Below are positions 26,149 to 41,312 of a stretch of DNA of 64,000 nucleotides, piece after piece. Each line of letters begins with the position of its first letter. The stretch's first letter is position 1. The DNA lies in NCBI RefSeq assembly GCF_006345805.1, contig NC_043000.1:113026001-113090000 (forward strand), written 5' to 3'. The notes beneath the pieces were generated by a model. That model was not told the origin of the DNA and made no database searches. It was given only the letters and a program-made list of their open reading frames with translations. A program made the position numbers and the translations under genes. This DNA is from Octopus sinensis (Eukaryota).

Positions 26149-27030
26149 TCTTATTATTGGATACTTCGAAATGCTCAATAACACAACGAGCATGATGGTG
26201 ATCATCATAATCACAATCACCCTCATCATCATCGTCATCATTATCCTCTCCTCCTCCTCCTCATCATCATCACCATCACCATCATCATCATCATTACCAT
26301 CATCATCATCATTACCATCATCATCATCATTACCATCATCATCATCATGAACATCCTTATCATCATCAGCATCAACACAATCATCATCATCGTCATTATC
26401 ATCATCACTATCGTCATCATCATCGTCGTCATCATCATCGTCATCATCGTCATCATCGTCATCATCATCAATATCAATCATCATCATAATCCTCCTCCTC
26501 CTTCTCCTCCTCATCATCATCGCCATCATCATCGTCATCGTCATCGTCATCAACTTCAATATCATTAATCATCATCATCATCGTCATCAACATCCTCCTC
26601 CTCCTCTTCATCATCATAATTATCAGCCTCCTTCTCCTCAACATCATCATCATCATCAGTAGGCGAACCTAACAACATTGACGATATTGTTGTTATTGCG
26701 GGAAATCTTTTGTTGTTGTCGTTGTTGGTTCTGCTTGTGGTATCAGTCGTTCTGTTGCTGCTGCTGCTGTCGATGTTGCTGTTGTTGTTGTTGTTGTTGT
26801 TGTTGTTGCTGTTGCTGCAGACTCTTGGCGTTGGTGTTGTTGGCAGCGACGATAATGTCCGTAAACGACATAGTGACGTTCATGTTGGTTTTCTTTGTAT
26901 TGCGGCTGCTATTGCTGGCGTTGGCGACGTTCGTAATGTCAGTGACGCAGGCAGAGACATCATTGGTTGTGTTGGAGGTTTTAGTGTGTTGTTGTTGTTG
27001 TTGTTGCTGTTGTTGTTCTTGTTGTTGTAT
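25390..27030. repeat. (GAT)n field (25390-25860), inverted (CAT)n field (26100-26660) and (TGT/TGC)n field (26750-27030)
   Basis: Direct reading. Confidence 0.9.
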
Positions 27031-27179
27031 GATATTCCATTCATTGTTGAAACTTTGCAGCTCCGTGCTGTTGATGCTCGGTCAAAGAATTTAACACTTT
27101 GCAGTCATTAACTCATAACTAGTGGTGTTAATTACGACCGGCAGCGGTCTTCACAGATTAAATGCTTTCATATCGGAAA

Positions 27180-27730
27180 AAGTATGTGTGTATGTGTATG
27201 TGTGTAACAGCTCAATGGTACACGCATACAAACACACACGCATGCAGATACACATACAGCCACGCACACGAAACATACGAGCACACAAATACAGACACAA
27301 ACACACACTCAAACACACACACATACAAACATACTAAACACAAACACACATACATGCACACAAATACACACAAATATACACACGCGAACACACACAGACA
27401 CACACAATCATGCGCACAAACACACAGAGAAACACACACAAAACACACACAAACACACACGCAAACACACATACAAAAATACACATACACAAACACACAT
27501 ACACAAACATGCACATTCACAAACACATACACACACGTAACCACACACAAGCACTAACACACATACAACTACACGGACAAACACGCACACACAAAATCAC
27601 ACACACAAACAAACAGACACAAACGAACACACTCACACACACACACGCATATATACACACACGTACGCACTCCAACGCACTTGCACACACGGAGAGACAT
27701 AATCGCACATGCACACGCAGTCACATCACG
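27180..27730. repeat. Degenerate (CA)n field
   Basis: Direct reading. Confidence 0.9.
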
Positions 27731-28888
27731 GAACAGAAAGTGAGAGAGTTGCTCAGTCGCATATTTAATTATTTCTTTTTAAAATCACATATTTACGAAA
27801 AGCTCACGCGATCAAAGACACAAACACGCATATACTCATGCCTAAAGACACACACTCAAATGTATACATACATGTAGCCTAAATTTCAACGCAAACTTAC
27901 ACATTTCGTCCATATACTCAGAGGAACGAACACGAATGTCTCTCGATGTTTTCGTACTCTAATAATCAGTTTATCGTGTTTTAGGAAGAAGGAAGAATGT
28001 TATACATATTGTAGTGTAATACGCGCTTATGTCTAAAAGTACGAGGGGTCATGGCTTGAAGATTTTGAATGGGAACTGGCTACACCTGAACAGAAGCATA
28101 ACAATCCGTTTGTGCTTGCATGAGAGGGCCCGCCCTCACAAACACACAAATATACATCCACATATATAAATATATATATTTATGATGCTATGAGCACAAG
28201 TATATCACACGGATGGAGAAATTTTGTATGAGTTCAAAGTTTAAAATAAACGAAACAGTTTTGACGCTTCATACATTTGTCATTCTTCAAATAATGGTAA
28301 GGGAAAAGAAATGGAACGACAAAATTTGGGTGAAAAAAAAAACAGGCACATATGTCTATATAAAGAATGTGACTGAGAGAAATATTTGATGAAAGAGCTT
28401 TTTTCCACCGAGATCGACTTACCGGCTTCACTGAAATTGTTGGCTTGTGCCAAAATTTGGAACCAATGTAAAATAGAGATAGTGTTGTGGCACTCATGCC
28501 TTGTATAGTTGAAGAATTACTGGTTAACCGAGATTTTCCATGCGATTAGAAAACACACTCTAAGGGTTCTTAAATGTATAACTATCAGGAAAGGGTGTAC
28601 TTCATAATGATATCAGGTTATCAAGCATTTTAGAAAAGCTAATACAATGTGTTGAAATGTCTTTCAAGTTTAGAAGGAGACTCTAAAGCCTATTGAATGC
28701 AGCAGGTCTGTGCTCAACATAACATCGTTGTTCTTCATGAGAACCACCAAGAATATAATTGAAAAATGAAAGCTGTATCGTTGACTGGTAAGAAAGTTAG
28801 TTTCACATCATAGGATTTGCTTCCATATAACGTTGTCAGGCTTCAGGTAAGTGTCTTTCATCGTAGCCTCGTAGAAAACCAAACTGGG

Positions 28889-29274
28889 TTATTCTTTTAT
28901 TCTTTTGCTCATTTCAGTCATTTGACTGTGGGCATGCTGGTGCACCGCCTTTTAGTCGAGCAAATCAACCTCCAGGATTTATCTTTGTAAGCCTAGTACG
29001 TATTCTATCGGTCCCTTTTGCCGAACCACTAATTCACGGGGACGTAAACACACCAGCATCGGTTGTCAATTGATGTTGTGGGGACAAACATAAACACACA
29101 AACCTATATACACACATGCATACATATATACATATATACGATGGGCCTCTTTCAGTTTCCATCTATCATATCCATTCGCAAGGCTTTGGTCGGCCCGAAG
29201 CTATAGTAGAAGACAGTGGGACTGAACCCGGGACCATGTGGTAGGTAAGGAAGCTACTTACCACTGGAAGTCTC
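28889..29274 (-). mobile_element. SINE family C, near full length with small internal deletion
   Basis: Both head and tail match 55625-56065 in reverse complement. Confidence 0.85.
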
Positions 29275-30019
29275 TCAGGTATGTTGTATCTATAATTCAA
29301 ACAGTTGGGAATTACGTTAAGTTTAGAGGTGTCCGTGAAATACCCAGCCATTTCCAAATCAATTCAATGAGTAGGTAGACTCGTTGATGAAACACCGAAG
29401 CAGTCATCGTCGAAAACGACGGCGAACTCATTTGCTTGATTTACATATTTGCTTCGATGTCCATACTCATGCACACTGTAAATTAATAAGGACAATGTTT
29501 TATTCTATTCAAAATTCTATATTAATACCGAAAAATTTCTAAAACACACACCTTTATTTTGTATGCCAAAATTATCCGATCCTTGCGACATTACCTTAGA
29601 GTCACCGAATATAAAGAGCTAAACTTGGTTTTTTTCACAAAACTCTCAACCTCTCCCAACGTCTCTCCCCCATCACTCTCTCTCTCTCCCGCGCGCGCGC
29701 GCACACTCTCTCTCCCACTCTTTTTCTCTATGACTTTGTATACCGCATACATTATTTGTGTATGAACATGTCACCTATTCTCTCTTAGTCTTTCTTTCTC
29801 TCATTCACTCTTCACCCCCTTCTCTCTCCTTCTTCGCTCCTCTCTCTCCTCACCTTTCTTTCTCCCGATTCCTAAAATGCCATTTTACATGCTTCAGACC
29901 TGAAAAATTCCTACCTAATCCTGCATTATTAATCCATTTCTCTGAGATTTATATGCTTCAGGGATAAGGAAATGGAGAGATGAAATGAATTTATATATAC
30001 AAACCTACAACACGTGCAT

Positions 30020-30052
30020 ACATACTTATATACATGTATATGTATATATATA

Positions 30053-30126
<74 letters not shown>

Positions 30127-30520
30127 CTATGTGTGTATGTGTATATATATATACATACGTATACATATATAGATACATACATATATATATATATATATAT
30201 ACACATACGCACACACGTAGATGTATGTATCTGTATATATAACTGTTACATGTATACGTGCATACATGCGTGTACACATATAAAGACATAGATGACAATT
30301 TAGAGAAATAAAGAAGAAGAAGAAGACGAAGAAGAAGAAGAAGAAGAAGAAAAAGAAGAAGAGAAGAAGAAGAAGAAAACTACATGTGTCAGTGTATATG
30401 AGTGCGTGCATGTAGATATATGTATAAGAAGGCAAATGTACAGAAACGTATACATACAAATATTCATAAACACATGAATGCATATACATACATACATATA
30501 TACATGCATATATATATATG

Positions 30521-30577
<57 letters not shown>

Positions 30578-30676
30578 TATATATATATATGTATATGCAT
30601 ATATATACATATATATATGTATATATATTATATATATATATATATGAATATATATATACAAACATACATATACATG

Positions 30677-30722
<46 letters not shown>

Positions 30723-30860
30723 TATGTGTACATGTATATATGTATATATATTTATACATATGTATATACATATACATACGTATATATGTATATATATATA
30801 AATGCAAATATATGTGTATATATACATATATATATATGTATGTATATATTGATATAGTAG
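30020..30860. repeat. TA-rich microsatellite field with a (GAA)n insert near 30305-30380
   Basis: Direct reading. Confidence 0.9.
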
Positions 30861-31449
30861 AGGGAGGGAGAGAGAGAGAGAGAGTGAGAGTAAGAGAGGG
30901 GAATGGAAAGCAAGGAAGGCTAGCAGAGAATAGATTTGGGATGGTACAATAACAGAAGCTAGAGAGTGGAAGAGCAGGGGATGCAATATTCACAGTGAAG
31001 GTAAGAAATATTTTCATTTTGCATGGCATTCAAAACGCCTCCCTCTTCTCCAATAAAGTAAAAGACCTACAGGCCTGAAGACTCAAAGACTTATCGATTC
31101 CATCTGGCATTGTAATAATTCTTTCACGTGTCGCACGAAATCTTTCGAATGGAATGACAGTTGCATTTACCGAGATTGTAGCGAGGACAATTGTCCACTG
31201 TCTTCATGGAAAATGGAACTGCTTTTGTACATACGCACATATTCCGAGGAATATGTGTGTGAAAGTGTGTGTGTGTGTGAGTGTGTGTGTGCGTGTGTAT
31301 CCTACAAGCACGCACATTTCTAAGAATATAATATAGATATATTTGTATGAATACATTCATGTATACGTGCGTAGATTCACACATAGATACTCGAGCACAC
31401 ACATACATATACATACATGTATGTGTATGTATGTGTATGTGTGTGTATG

Positions 31450-31455
31450 TGTGTG

Positions 31456-31545
<90 letters not shown>
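31450..31545. repeat. (GATA)n
   Basis: Direct reading. Confidence 0.95.
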
Positions 31546-31546
<1 letters not shown>

Positions 31547-32367
31547 GGAAAACCAGAGTTACAGACCGACAGATAGACAGGCAGAAAAGCAGATAGCTAG
31601 CTAGATAGATAGACAGATATATGAATGGATAAAGAGATAGATAGATATAAAGTTAGATAGATATACGGATAGATAGAAAGAGAGAAAGAGAGAGAGAAAG
31701 AGAAATATGTTAATACACACACGCACATTTACATCCATACACGCATTATCTATTTGTGTTTTTCAGATTACAACTGTTGTGACGTGTGTTCGATTCAAGG
31801 ATTGTCCGAAGGAGAATGCACCGTGTCTTGAGCAAGCCACTCCGTTTCAGGTGTCTTCTAACTACATAGCTCTAGTTATTTACGTGCAAACAACTGTGGA
31901 ATTAACACAGTAGCTCCAGAATAGCTTATCTCTATGTTGCAAAGAATTTACAGCGGCTCACGCACACACATATCAATGTAATGAAGCCACCTATTTCACT
32001 GACGAAAGCAGATTCTTTAGCGATGTCAAATCGAACAGTTCCCCCAGATTTGGAACAATTTGGGGCAGATTATCTCCTACCCTTCAATAGGTACTAGCAC
32101 TCGGTAAATTGGTGTGCAACTCAAACAATCTTCACCATAAGACTGTCTGAATAGCTGAGTTTTATTCCAATTAAAAACCGAATTTTACGCAAGCGCATTA
32201 CTCTTCTAAATCTTCAATTTCTCACTTTCCGTTCAATCGTCAAATGCACTAAACACTTCCGTTCTTGAAGAAATTGATGTCTACAAGATGTGGCATGATT
32301 TGAAAGGGATGGTGGCAGGGAATGGGTTGGACATGATGCAATAACAGAAGTTATAAAGTAGAACTGT

Positions 32368-32480
32368 TGGCGTGTCTGCATGGTAAGAAGCTTGCTTCTC
32401 AAACGCATCGTCCCAAGTTCAGTCCTACTGCGTCGCATGGAGGGCACGTGTCTTCTACTACAGAATCGGCCAACCAAACC
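32368..32480 (+). mobile_element. SINE family C head fragment
   Basis: GGCGTGTCTGCATGGTAAGAAGCTTGCTTC...AAGTTCAGTCCTACTGCGT...GTGTCTTCTACTA. Confidence 0.7.
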
Positions 32481-32585
32481 AGGATTTCTTCTCTTTGACT
32501 TTCATTCTCCAATTCCTTTAATTTTGCTCAACTAGATTTCGAATTTGGTTCATTGATGAATTTCTGGATATCAATTATGTAAATT

Positions 32586-32886
32586 CTGTTGTGTCTGGGG
32601 AATCATTTTCTTTTTGTGCCTTATAATATAACACACTCACCGGTAAATTTCCACTTTTTTCTTATTTTTATTGTCCTAAACTTTTCTTTGCGTCTTGCAA
32701 TCTTTTCAATAGTTTTGACTCTCTTGATGTTCAAAACTATTGAGAGTCAAAACTATTGAAAAGGTTGCAAGACGCAAAGAAAAGTTTAGGAAAATATAAA
32801 TAAGGAAAAAAAAAGTGGAAATTTTACCGGTGAGTGTGTTACATAATAAGGCACAAAAAGAAAATGACTCTCCCCAGACACAACAG
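32586..32886. mobile_element. ~300-bp near-perfect palindrome (fold-back MITE)
   Basis: CTGTTGTGTCTGGGG...CAATAGTTTTGACTCTC, an ~18-nt spacer, then the reverse complement ending CCCCAGACACAACAG. Confidence 0.9.
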
Positions 32887-33639
32887 CATATACTTCAACG
32901 CACGAACTCATATAAAGAATCTTGCAAACCAAATCCAAAAACGAAATTATGTAAATGGAATTCACTTTTGCCATGAATTAATAAATAAAAAGTTAATAGC
33001 TTTTAAAATTTTCAATTTTGCAAATCGAAAGCAACAGAGGCCAATTCCAGGCGAGCGCAAATTCTGTCTTTGTTCTTTGAAATTTCTTAAACAAAATGAC
33101 GTCTTCTAATTTCATTTGCTTTTCTACTAAGGACTGGCCGTATAATTACCTCGTGGAAAACCTGTTATTGAAAACTACAGGCATCATTTTCGACGAGCCA
33201 AACTTGAAGAGAAATTAGGTGACTAGTTAGGCCTGAAAAGGACTTTAAGATTAGATTCCACAAATTTTAGTATGAAATTAGTGAAGAGGATTCTGGAGTA
33301 CAAAGAAAGCTAAGGAATGAAGAAGAGGAGATAAGGGGAGACATTAAAACTCACGTTGAGCACAAAAGCTGCATTGTCAGAGCAAGGGCGTGTGTTGTAA
33401 GGCTCAGTCAGATGGTGGAGAAGGTTATCTGCCTTATTAATCGTATCTGAAGGTATCTGTTACGATCAGGGGATGGTAGTAGACGTAGGGTAAAGATACG
33501 ACGGATTACCCTCCCACCACCAATGATATGGTACTCTGCATAGTTGTAACATGTTGCAGGATTATGGAACAATTTCCACCCGACATCATATTTGCTGGTC
33601 TAGTTGTTTTTATTGTCGTGACTCTGTTTTAACGATCAC

Positions 33640-33859
33640 CACTACTACTGCTACTACTACTAATATCATGGCAACCACCACCACTACCACCACCACGATC
33701 ACCTCTGCTACTACTACAACCATGGCCACCACCAACACCACTATCACCACCACCACCATCACTACCACCACCACCACCAATACTACTATTACTACTACTA
33801 GAATCACAACCACCTCCACAGCCGCCACCACCATCACTACTACTACTACTACTACTACA

Positions 33860-33891
<32 letters not shown>

Positions 33892-33933
33892 AATACCATC
33901 ACCTCCACAATCACCGCTACTACTACCAGCAGC

Positions 33934-33970
<37 letters not shown>
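33640..33970. repeat. (ACC/ACT)n switching to (GTA)n
   Basis: Direct reading; orientation flips near 33925. Confidence 0.9.
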
Positions 33971-33972
<2 letters not shown>

Positions 33973-33989
33973 GTGCTGCTTCTCCTGTT

Positions 33990-34150
33990 TCTCCTCCCAC
34001 CCCCTGTACACTCTCAAAGTCTTCCAGTCATACTTCATCATTTCCTTGAAACAATGAAAATATGACAGAGACGACCCCCCCGGCACCCCCTCGCACAACC
34101 TGATACTTCTTAGTTTAAAGGTCATTTTCCTATTTAAACTGTTTTCAAAA
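33990..34150 (-). pseudogene. Possible highly degraded RT fragment
   Basis: IRLCEGVPGGSSLS resembles the GVPQG motif of non-LTR RTs; no other motif supports it. Confidence 0.3.
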
Positions 34151-34419
34151 TCAGATTTTCTCTTCGCCCATAAATCTATCTCGAGACTCACATCTTCCAC
34201 ACACACACAGCTAAGACGAACTCAAGAACTTTGGTCTCCAACGCTAATTCTCTAAATATCTTCCTATCTATTCATCTCAATCTCTCTATCACTCTCTCCA
34301 CGCTCTCTCTCTCTCTCTCTTTCTCTCTGTTCCAATTAACTCCCGTTCTCCGGGATTTACATATATAACTATGTATGTTTATGTATTTATATATAAACAT
34401 ATATATATATATACATATG

Positions 34420-34458
<39 letters not shown>

Positions 34459-34529
34459 ATGTATATACATACTTATATATATTTGTTTACTCACGCTGCC
34501 TCTCGAGTTTCTCTCTCTCCGTATCTATC

Positions 34530-35760
<1,231 letters not shown>

Positions 35761-35825
35761 TATATATATATATATATAGCAATAATAAATCTCTGAACGA
35801 GGTATAAACTGTACCTGCACGACAA

Positions 35826-36106
35826 TGTGAAGTATATTTACCACTTAAATGTGGCTAACCACTAAGGGTGGATGCTACTGTAGCTTGTAGCCCCAGGAGA
35901 TGTTCTTCTGGGACTACATGCTACAGTAGCATCCACCCTTAGTAGTTAGCCACATTTAAGTGGCAAATATACATCACATATATTAATAGTTATCGCCAAG
36001 TCGCCAAGCTAACATGGCAGTCCAGAAAAATAGGACGAATGCTGCCATTGATTAGCTCCAAGAGGCCATCGCCTCTAGCTAGCCATGTGACACACGAACC
36101 TGTGTC
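35826..36106. repeat. Multi-hairpin repeat family: 153-bp palindrome (35826-35978) followed by a divergent monomer (36001-36106)
   Basis: Arms TGTGAAGTATATTTACCACTTAAATGTGGCTAACCACTAAGGGTGGATGCTACTGTAGC and its reverse complement. Related to 38629-38735 and 62027-62290. Confidence 0.8.
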
Positions 36107-36208
36107 CATTATAACCTTCGAACAGGGGAAGTCAGCCGCTTCCAGTACCGCTACCGTTGTCTCCTCTAGAGAGACTTAGAAATATCAATATTTCTATATG
36201 ATATATAT

Positions 36209-36239
<31 letters not shown>

Positions 36240-37209
36240 TATATCTTACGCTTATTCTACCGCACCTCTCTGTTTCCGTTCATATTCAAACAAGTCGTTC
36301 TATCGATAACAAATGAATTGCTCTACATTCAGCTCTTACACTCAAATACGAACAACAACGTGATCTCTTACAAATTCCGCTGTTGTTTCCTGTACAACAA
36401 GCTACGTTAAATAAACTTGTAAACTTGTTACTGTATTTCAAAACCTAGTGAGACGGTCACGGTTGGGTAACGTTTTGTTAATGGATGGAAACAAAAACAA
36501 CAACCCTAACAATCAATGTACCATCATTAAATCAATCTTACCCATTTATATTTCTTTCACCTTTTGTATTTTATTTCCCCTATTAATAACCATCATTATA
36601 TTCCTCTTCATTGTCGACTCTCATCACGATATATTATATTCTCACAATTCTGTTTATCATACTCTTCGATACGTTTTAATAAATAATCTCTCCTCTTTCT
36701 ATGTCATGTATTATTGTTGTATTTTCTTTTTAGCACTATCATTTCTCCAATGTCAAAACAATACTTTCTAATCCTCTTGTTTATCATTTAAAATACATTT
36801 TTTAATATGAACTGTATAGTTCGTGTTTATATTGTTTTTTTTTTCAATTAATTCTTAATTTGCTTTTCTTCATCATCTCGTTTATTTAAATTATTATTTT
36901 GCAAATTTTGTTACTCTTCTGAATGTTGTAGTTGTTGTTGTAACGTCGTTCGTTATTAAACTTAATCAGACTTGATGTCAATATTAATTAATTTTTATGT
37001 TGTTATTAAAATTATTCGTTTGTTTTTAGAAATTGCTATTAATTTATAAATGCGAATTTCCATCGTGTGAAGTTCGCAAATTCTGTATATTTGTAACTTG
37101 AAGCATGTGAATCGATTTCGATTTGGATTCGATCTTGCTACGCTGTCATTATTCACGATCAGGAGTTTAACTCTTGTTAAAGAAAAATTTGTAATCTTCT
37201 GCTGGCAGA

Positions 37210-38058
37210 GGAGGGCAAGCCGGCAGAACCACTTACACATCGGAAATAAATGCTAAGCTATATCTCGTCTGTCTTTACTTCCAGAGTTCAAATCCCGCTG
37301 AGGCCGACTTTGCTTTTCATCCCTTTCGGTGTCGATTAATTAATACTAGGGCGGCGAGCTGGCAGAAACGTTAGCGCGCCGGGCGAAATGCTTAGCGGTA
37401 TTTCCTCTGTCGTTACGTTCTGAGTTCAAATTCCACCGAGGTCGACTTGGCCTTTCATCCTTTCGGGGTCGATAAATAAAGTACCAGTTTCGCACTGGGG
37501 TCGATGTAATCGACTTAATTCCTTTGTCTGCCCTTGTTTGTCCCTTCTATGTTTAGCCCCTTGTGGGCAATAAAGAAATAAATACTAGGGCGGCGAGCTG
37601 GCAGAAACGTTAGCACGCCGGGCGAAATGCTTAGCAGTATTTCCTCTGCCGTTATGTTCTGAGTTCAAATTACGCCGAGGTCGACTTTGCCTTTCATCTT
37701 TTCGAGGTCGATTAAATAAGTACCAGTTACGCACTGGAGTTGATATAGTCGACTTAATCCTTTTGTCTATCCTTGTTTGTCCTCTATGTGTTTAGCCCCT
37801 TGTGGGTAATAAAGAAATAGGTATTTCGTCTGCCGCTACGTTCTGAGTTCAAATTCCACCGAGGTCTACTTTGCCTTTCATCCTTTCGAGGTCGATTAAA
37901 AAGTACCAGTTACGCAGTGGAGTTGACATAATCGACTAAATCCCTTTGTTTGTCCACTCTATGTTTGCCCTCCCCCTGTGTGCAATAAAGAAATAAAAAT
38001 TTTTTAAATACCAGTTGAGCACCATATCTCAGGCCTTATACCTAGAATAGAAAAAACT
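37210..38058 (+). mobile_element. SINE trimer (37349-37995) nested inside an older copy of the same superfamily
   Basis: Two full monomers each preceded by AATACTAG, then a J1 junction at 37820/37821 and a third headless unit. The older copy is split into 37210-37340 and 38005-38058. Confidence 0.85.
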
Positions 38059-38628
38059 ATTCAAACTGACATGCGTAACAATCCAAGTGGGTGTATGGGT
38101 TGTGTAGCAGCGTCGGACTGGATAACTTATGGTATTTGCTCCGGCTCTTCGCATTCTAACATCCAATCTCACTATGGCTTATAGGGAAGCTGAACCTAAT
38201 CCGTTGCCTGATTGAACACCATCTCTGACTTCAGTCGCCTTGAGAAAGTCTACTTTGCTGCAAGCATTTTCGACATGATTCCACTTAAAGGATATCCCAG
38301 CCCCTAATTCTGACCAATTTCGTAGTAAATGGTCATTTACAGTGACTTTTAACTTCACTAAATTTCAAAAATATAAAGCAGTAGATTAGCAGAATTGGTT
38401 TAGAGTCAGACTGAAGAAAATACCTTCTGGTGTTTATTGCGTCAATCTGCTTTCTGAAGTGAAATTCTAGTTGGTCACGCTGTTGCCTTGGAATCGATAA
38501 GATAAAGTCCCGGTGGAGTACAGGGGTTCATGTTACGACCCACTTCCCACAAAACTACTAGGTTTCTGCCTAAGTTAGATACAAGCAATATTAGCAAACC
38601 TAACCGGAAACATGGGTAGAAAGTAACA

Positions 38629-38735
38629 TAACACAGAATGTGTGTCGTTAGCTAGCTGGAGAAGATGCCTTCCTGGGGCTATAAGCAACAGTAGCACTGT
38701 CCTCTATAGGACGCCACACTTAGTTGGCAAATAAA
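38629..38735 (-). repeat. Multi-hairpin repeat family monomer
   Basis: Reverse complement: GCCA-ACTAAGTG-TGGC, GTCC-TATAGA-GGAC, GCTA-...-TAGC, GGAAG-GCAT-CTTCT, GACACA-CATTC-TGTGTT. Confidence 0.65.
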
Positions 38736-38814
38736 TGTTAAAGTAGCCTAACGTTGAGAGAAGCACGTGATCGATTTAAGAACCCAAGTACATGATTAGA
38801 ATTTTACCGAGTTC

Positions 38815-39266
38815 AAGGCGGTGAGCTGTCAGAATCGTTAGCACGCCGGGCAAAATGCGTAGCCGTATTTCGTCTGCCGCTAGGTTCTGAGTTCAAATTC
38901 CGCCGAGGTCAACTTTGCCTTTCATCCTTTCGGGGTCGATTAAATAAGTACCAGTTACGCACTGGGATCGATATAATCGACTTAATCCGTTTGTCTGTCC
39001 TTGTTTGTCCTCTCTGTGTGTAGCCCCTTGTGGGTAGTAAAGAAATAAGAATCGTTAGCAGGCGGGCGAAAGGCGTAGCTATATTTCGTCTGCCGTTACG
39101 TTCTGAGTTTAAATTCTGCCGATGCCGACTTTACCTTTCATCCTTTCGGCGTCGATTGAACAAGTACCAGTTACGCACTAGGGTCGATATAATCGACTCA
39201 ATCCGTTTGTCGGTCCTTGTTTGTCCTCTCTGTGTTTAGCTCATTGTGGGTAGTAAAGAAATAGGT
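38815..39266 (+). mobile_element. SINE family A dimer with 14-bp target site duplication
   Basis: ATTTTACCGAGTTC at 38801-38814 and 39267-39280. Internal junction AGAAATA|AGAATCGTTAGC at 39047/39048. Confidence 0.92.
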
Positions 39267-40645
39267 ATTTTACCGAGTTCGGAACGCTAAAATGTAAAAT
39301 CAACCTTATTAAGATACGAACTTGGTGCATGGAACCGTTCATCTAAACCGGCTTGCTGCCTTCGGGGCGATCTTGAACCTTCTCCAAAGCCCAGGCTTTG
39401 GCTCTATAGTAAATACTTTCTGTAGATATCTTAGAAAGTGTTTCTTAGACACATATATTACGTGGGGGAACACAGTCGCTATTGTCAACCGTATCTAATA
39501 ACTGGTACTTAGTTACTCGATTCAGAATGAAGAAAAGTCCCTAAAAGAAGAAGGGGATACAGCAGGTTATTTTAACTCCATTCTATCGTTTTTTTTTTTA
39601 TTCAAGATCCCTTTGATAAGAATTTCATTTTCTCCTTTTTTGGTCTATTTTTGAAAAGAAAAAATCTACATTGTATTTTGTCCCCTCTGTGTGGCTAATA
39701 AAGAAACTTTATCTATCTAATTTTTACCATAGGACAAGGGTTTGTTATTCTGAAGGCACGTACGGTCATTTATATCCCTTCCTCTGGCCCAACAATTGTA
39801 TTTATTTTATCAACCACGGAAGGATGAGAGAAAAATTTGAGCTTGGCCTGATGCAATATGAAAAAATCAACACGGTATAACTAAATAATGCATGACACCC
39901 TGTCCAGTGACCGACCAATTTTACTAAAGCACCACCACCACCACCACCACCATCACCACTACCACCACTACTTTGTGTAATGTCCTATAGTTTCTGCCAA
40001 TACACTGCAATAAATTAATAGCAAATGTTCAAATGTTTCGAGTATGAATCAATATTTAAAATCGATATATCTGATATTATAGCATGTCAATATTTTATCC
40101 AATGACTAAATATAGGTTACACTACGATTTATATTTTGTGGTCGAAAAAAAAACGGATAATACGTTTAACTCATTAGAGCATAAATTCTAATTTTCATTC
40201 TATAATTAATTACAATTAATTAACTAGTAAAATAAACAGCATGAATGAAAATGTCATAAAAATGACGAATGTAGAAAACTTTAGAATGATGAATATTTTA
40301 AAAAATGATTCGGGGAAACTATTTAAAATTCAATTAAATGTTTGGTGTTGCAATATCTTTTGACAAGCTTGATTTTAGGTCACATTAAATTAAAGTTTCT
40401 GTCACGAATATTGAAATAATTTCCTATCAAATTCTATTGGGATCATTCCAATTTACAGTTCCTCGAGTGTCAACATCTCTCTCCTTCAAGAGTATCAGGT
40501 AAGAACGAGGGACTTACTCTATAGCCTATTGCTTCCCACAAGATTTCTCGTCTTGCGCTTTTAGAATTTCACTGTTATCCCCTCAACAATGAGTCTCTAT
40601 AGTGTTGCCAATACTCTTGGTTTAATGTCAGGCTTCTGACCATAT

Positions 40646-40805
40646 AGCCCCTGGAGTGGGTGTGTGGTAAGTAGCTTGCTTCCAAACCACATGGTTCCGG
40701 GTTCAGTCCCTCTGTATGGCTCCTTGCGCAAATGTTTTCTACTATAGCCTCGGGCCGACCAAAGCCTTATGAGTGGATTTGGTAACGGAAACTGAAAGGA
40801 GCTCG

Positions 40806-40867
<62 letters not shown>

Positions 40868-41312
40868 TTAGATTCAGATGAATATGGTACTTAAGTTAAA
40901 GGCACCAAAATTTAGTATGGTATTATCCATATAATTCAAAATGGGGTGATTATAATCAAAATAAGCAACAAGGATATCCAGAGGTAATGCACAGTACGAT
41001 CGTTTCATGCAACTCCATTTAATTGAACAATGAAAACATTACATCAATTTAAAATGTAGAGCAATCTTATATATATATAAGTATATATGTATGTATTTAT
41101 GTGTCTGTGTTGGTCCCCGCCACCATCGCATGACAACCGATGTTAGTGTGTTTACGTCCCCGTAACCTAGCTGTTCGGCAAAAGAGACCGATATGATATG
41201 TACTAGCCTTTCAAAGAATAAGTCATGTGGTCGATTTGTTCCACTACAGGCGCTGCTCCAGTATGGCTGTAGTCAAATGACTGAAACAAATAAAGAGAAT
41301 AAAAGAAAAGAA
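40646..41312 (+). mobile_element. SINE family C with a ~200-bp foreign insert in its internal (TA)n
   Basis: Head 40646-40808, TA array 40809-40861, unrelated insert 40862-41065, tail ~41090-41312. Confidence 0.85.

Noticed and set aside
28824-28856. Apparent 33-nt micro-exon (AG...GTAAGT) encoding DLLPYNVVRLQ, loosely like a tyrosine phosphatase motif
   Set aside because: Lies inside a decayed family C SINE head; the GTAAGT is a variant of the CORE box GGCAAGTGTCTT.
36001-36050. GTCC/GGAC hairpin followed by GAAT, resembling HDV-like P4-J4/2 or hammerhead stem II
   Set aside because: P1, P3/L3 and the CUGANGA core could not be built, and CGAAU is not conserved in the other family copies.
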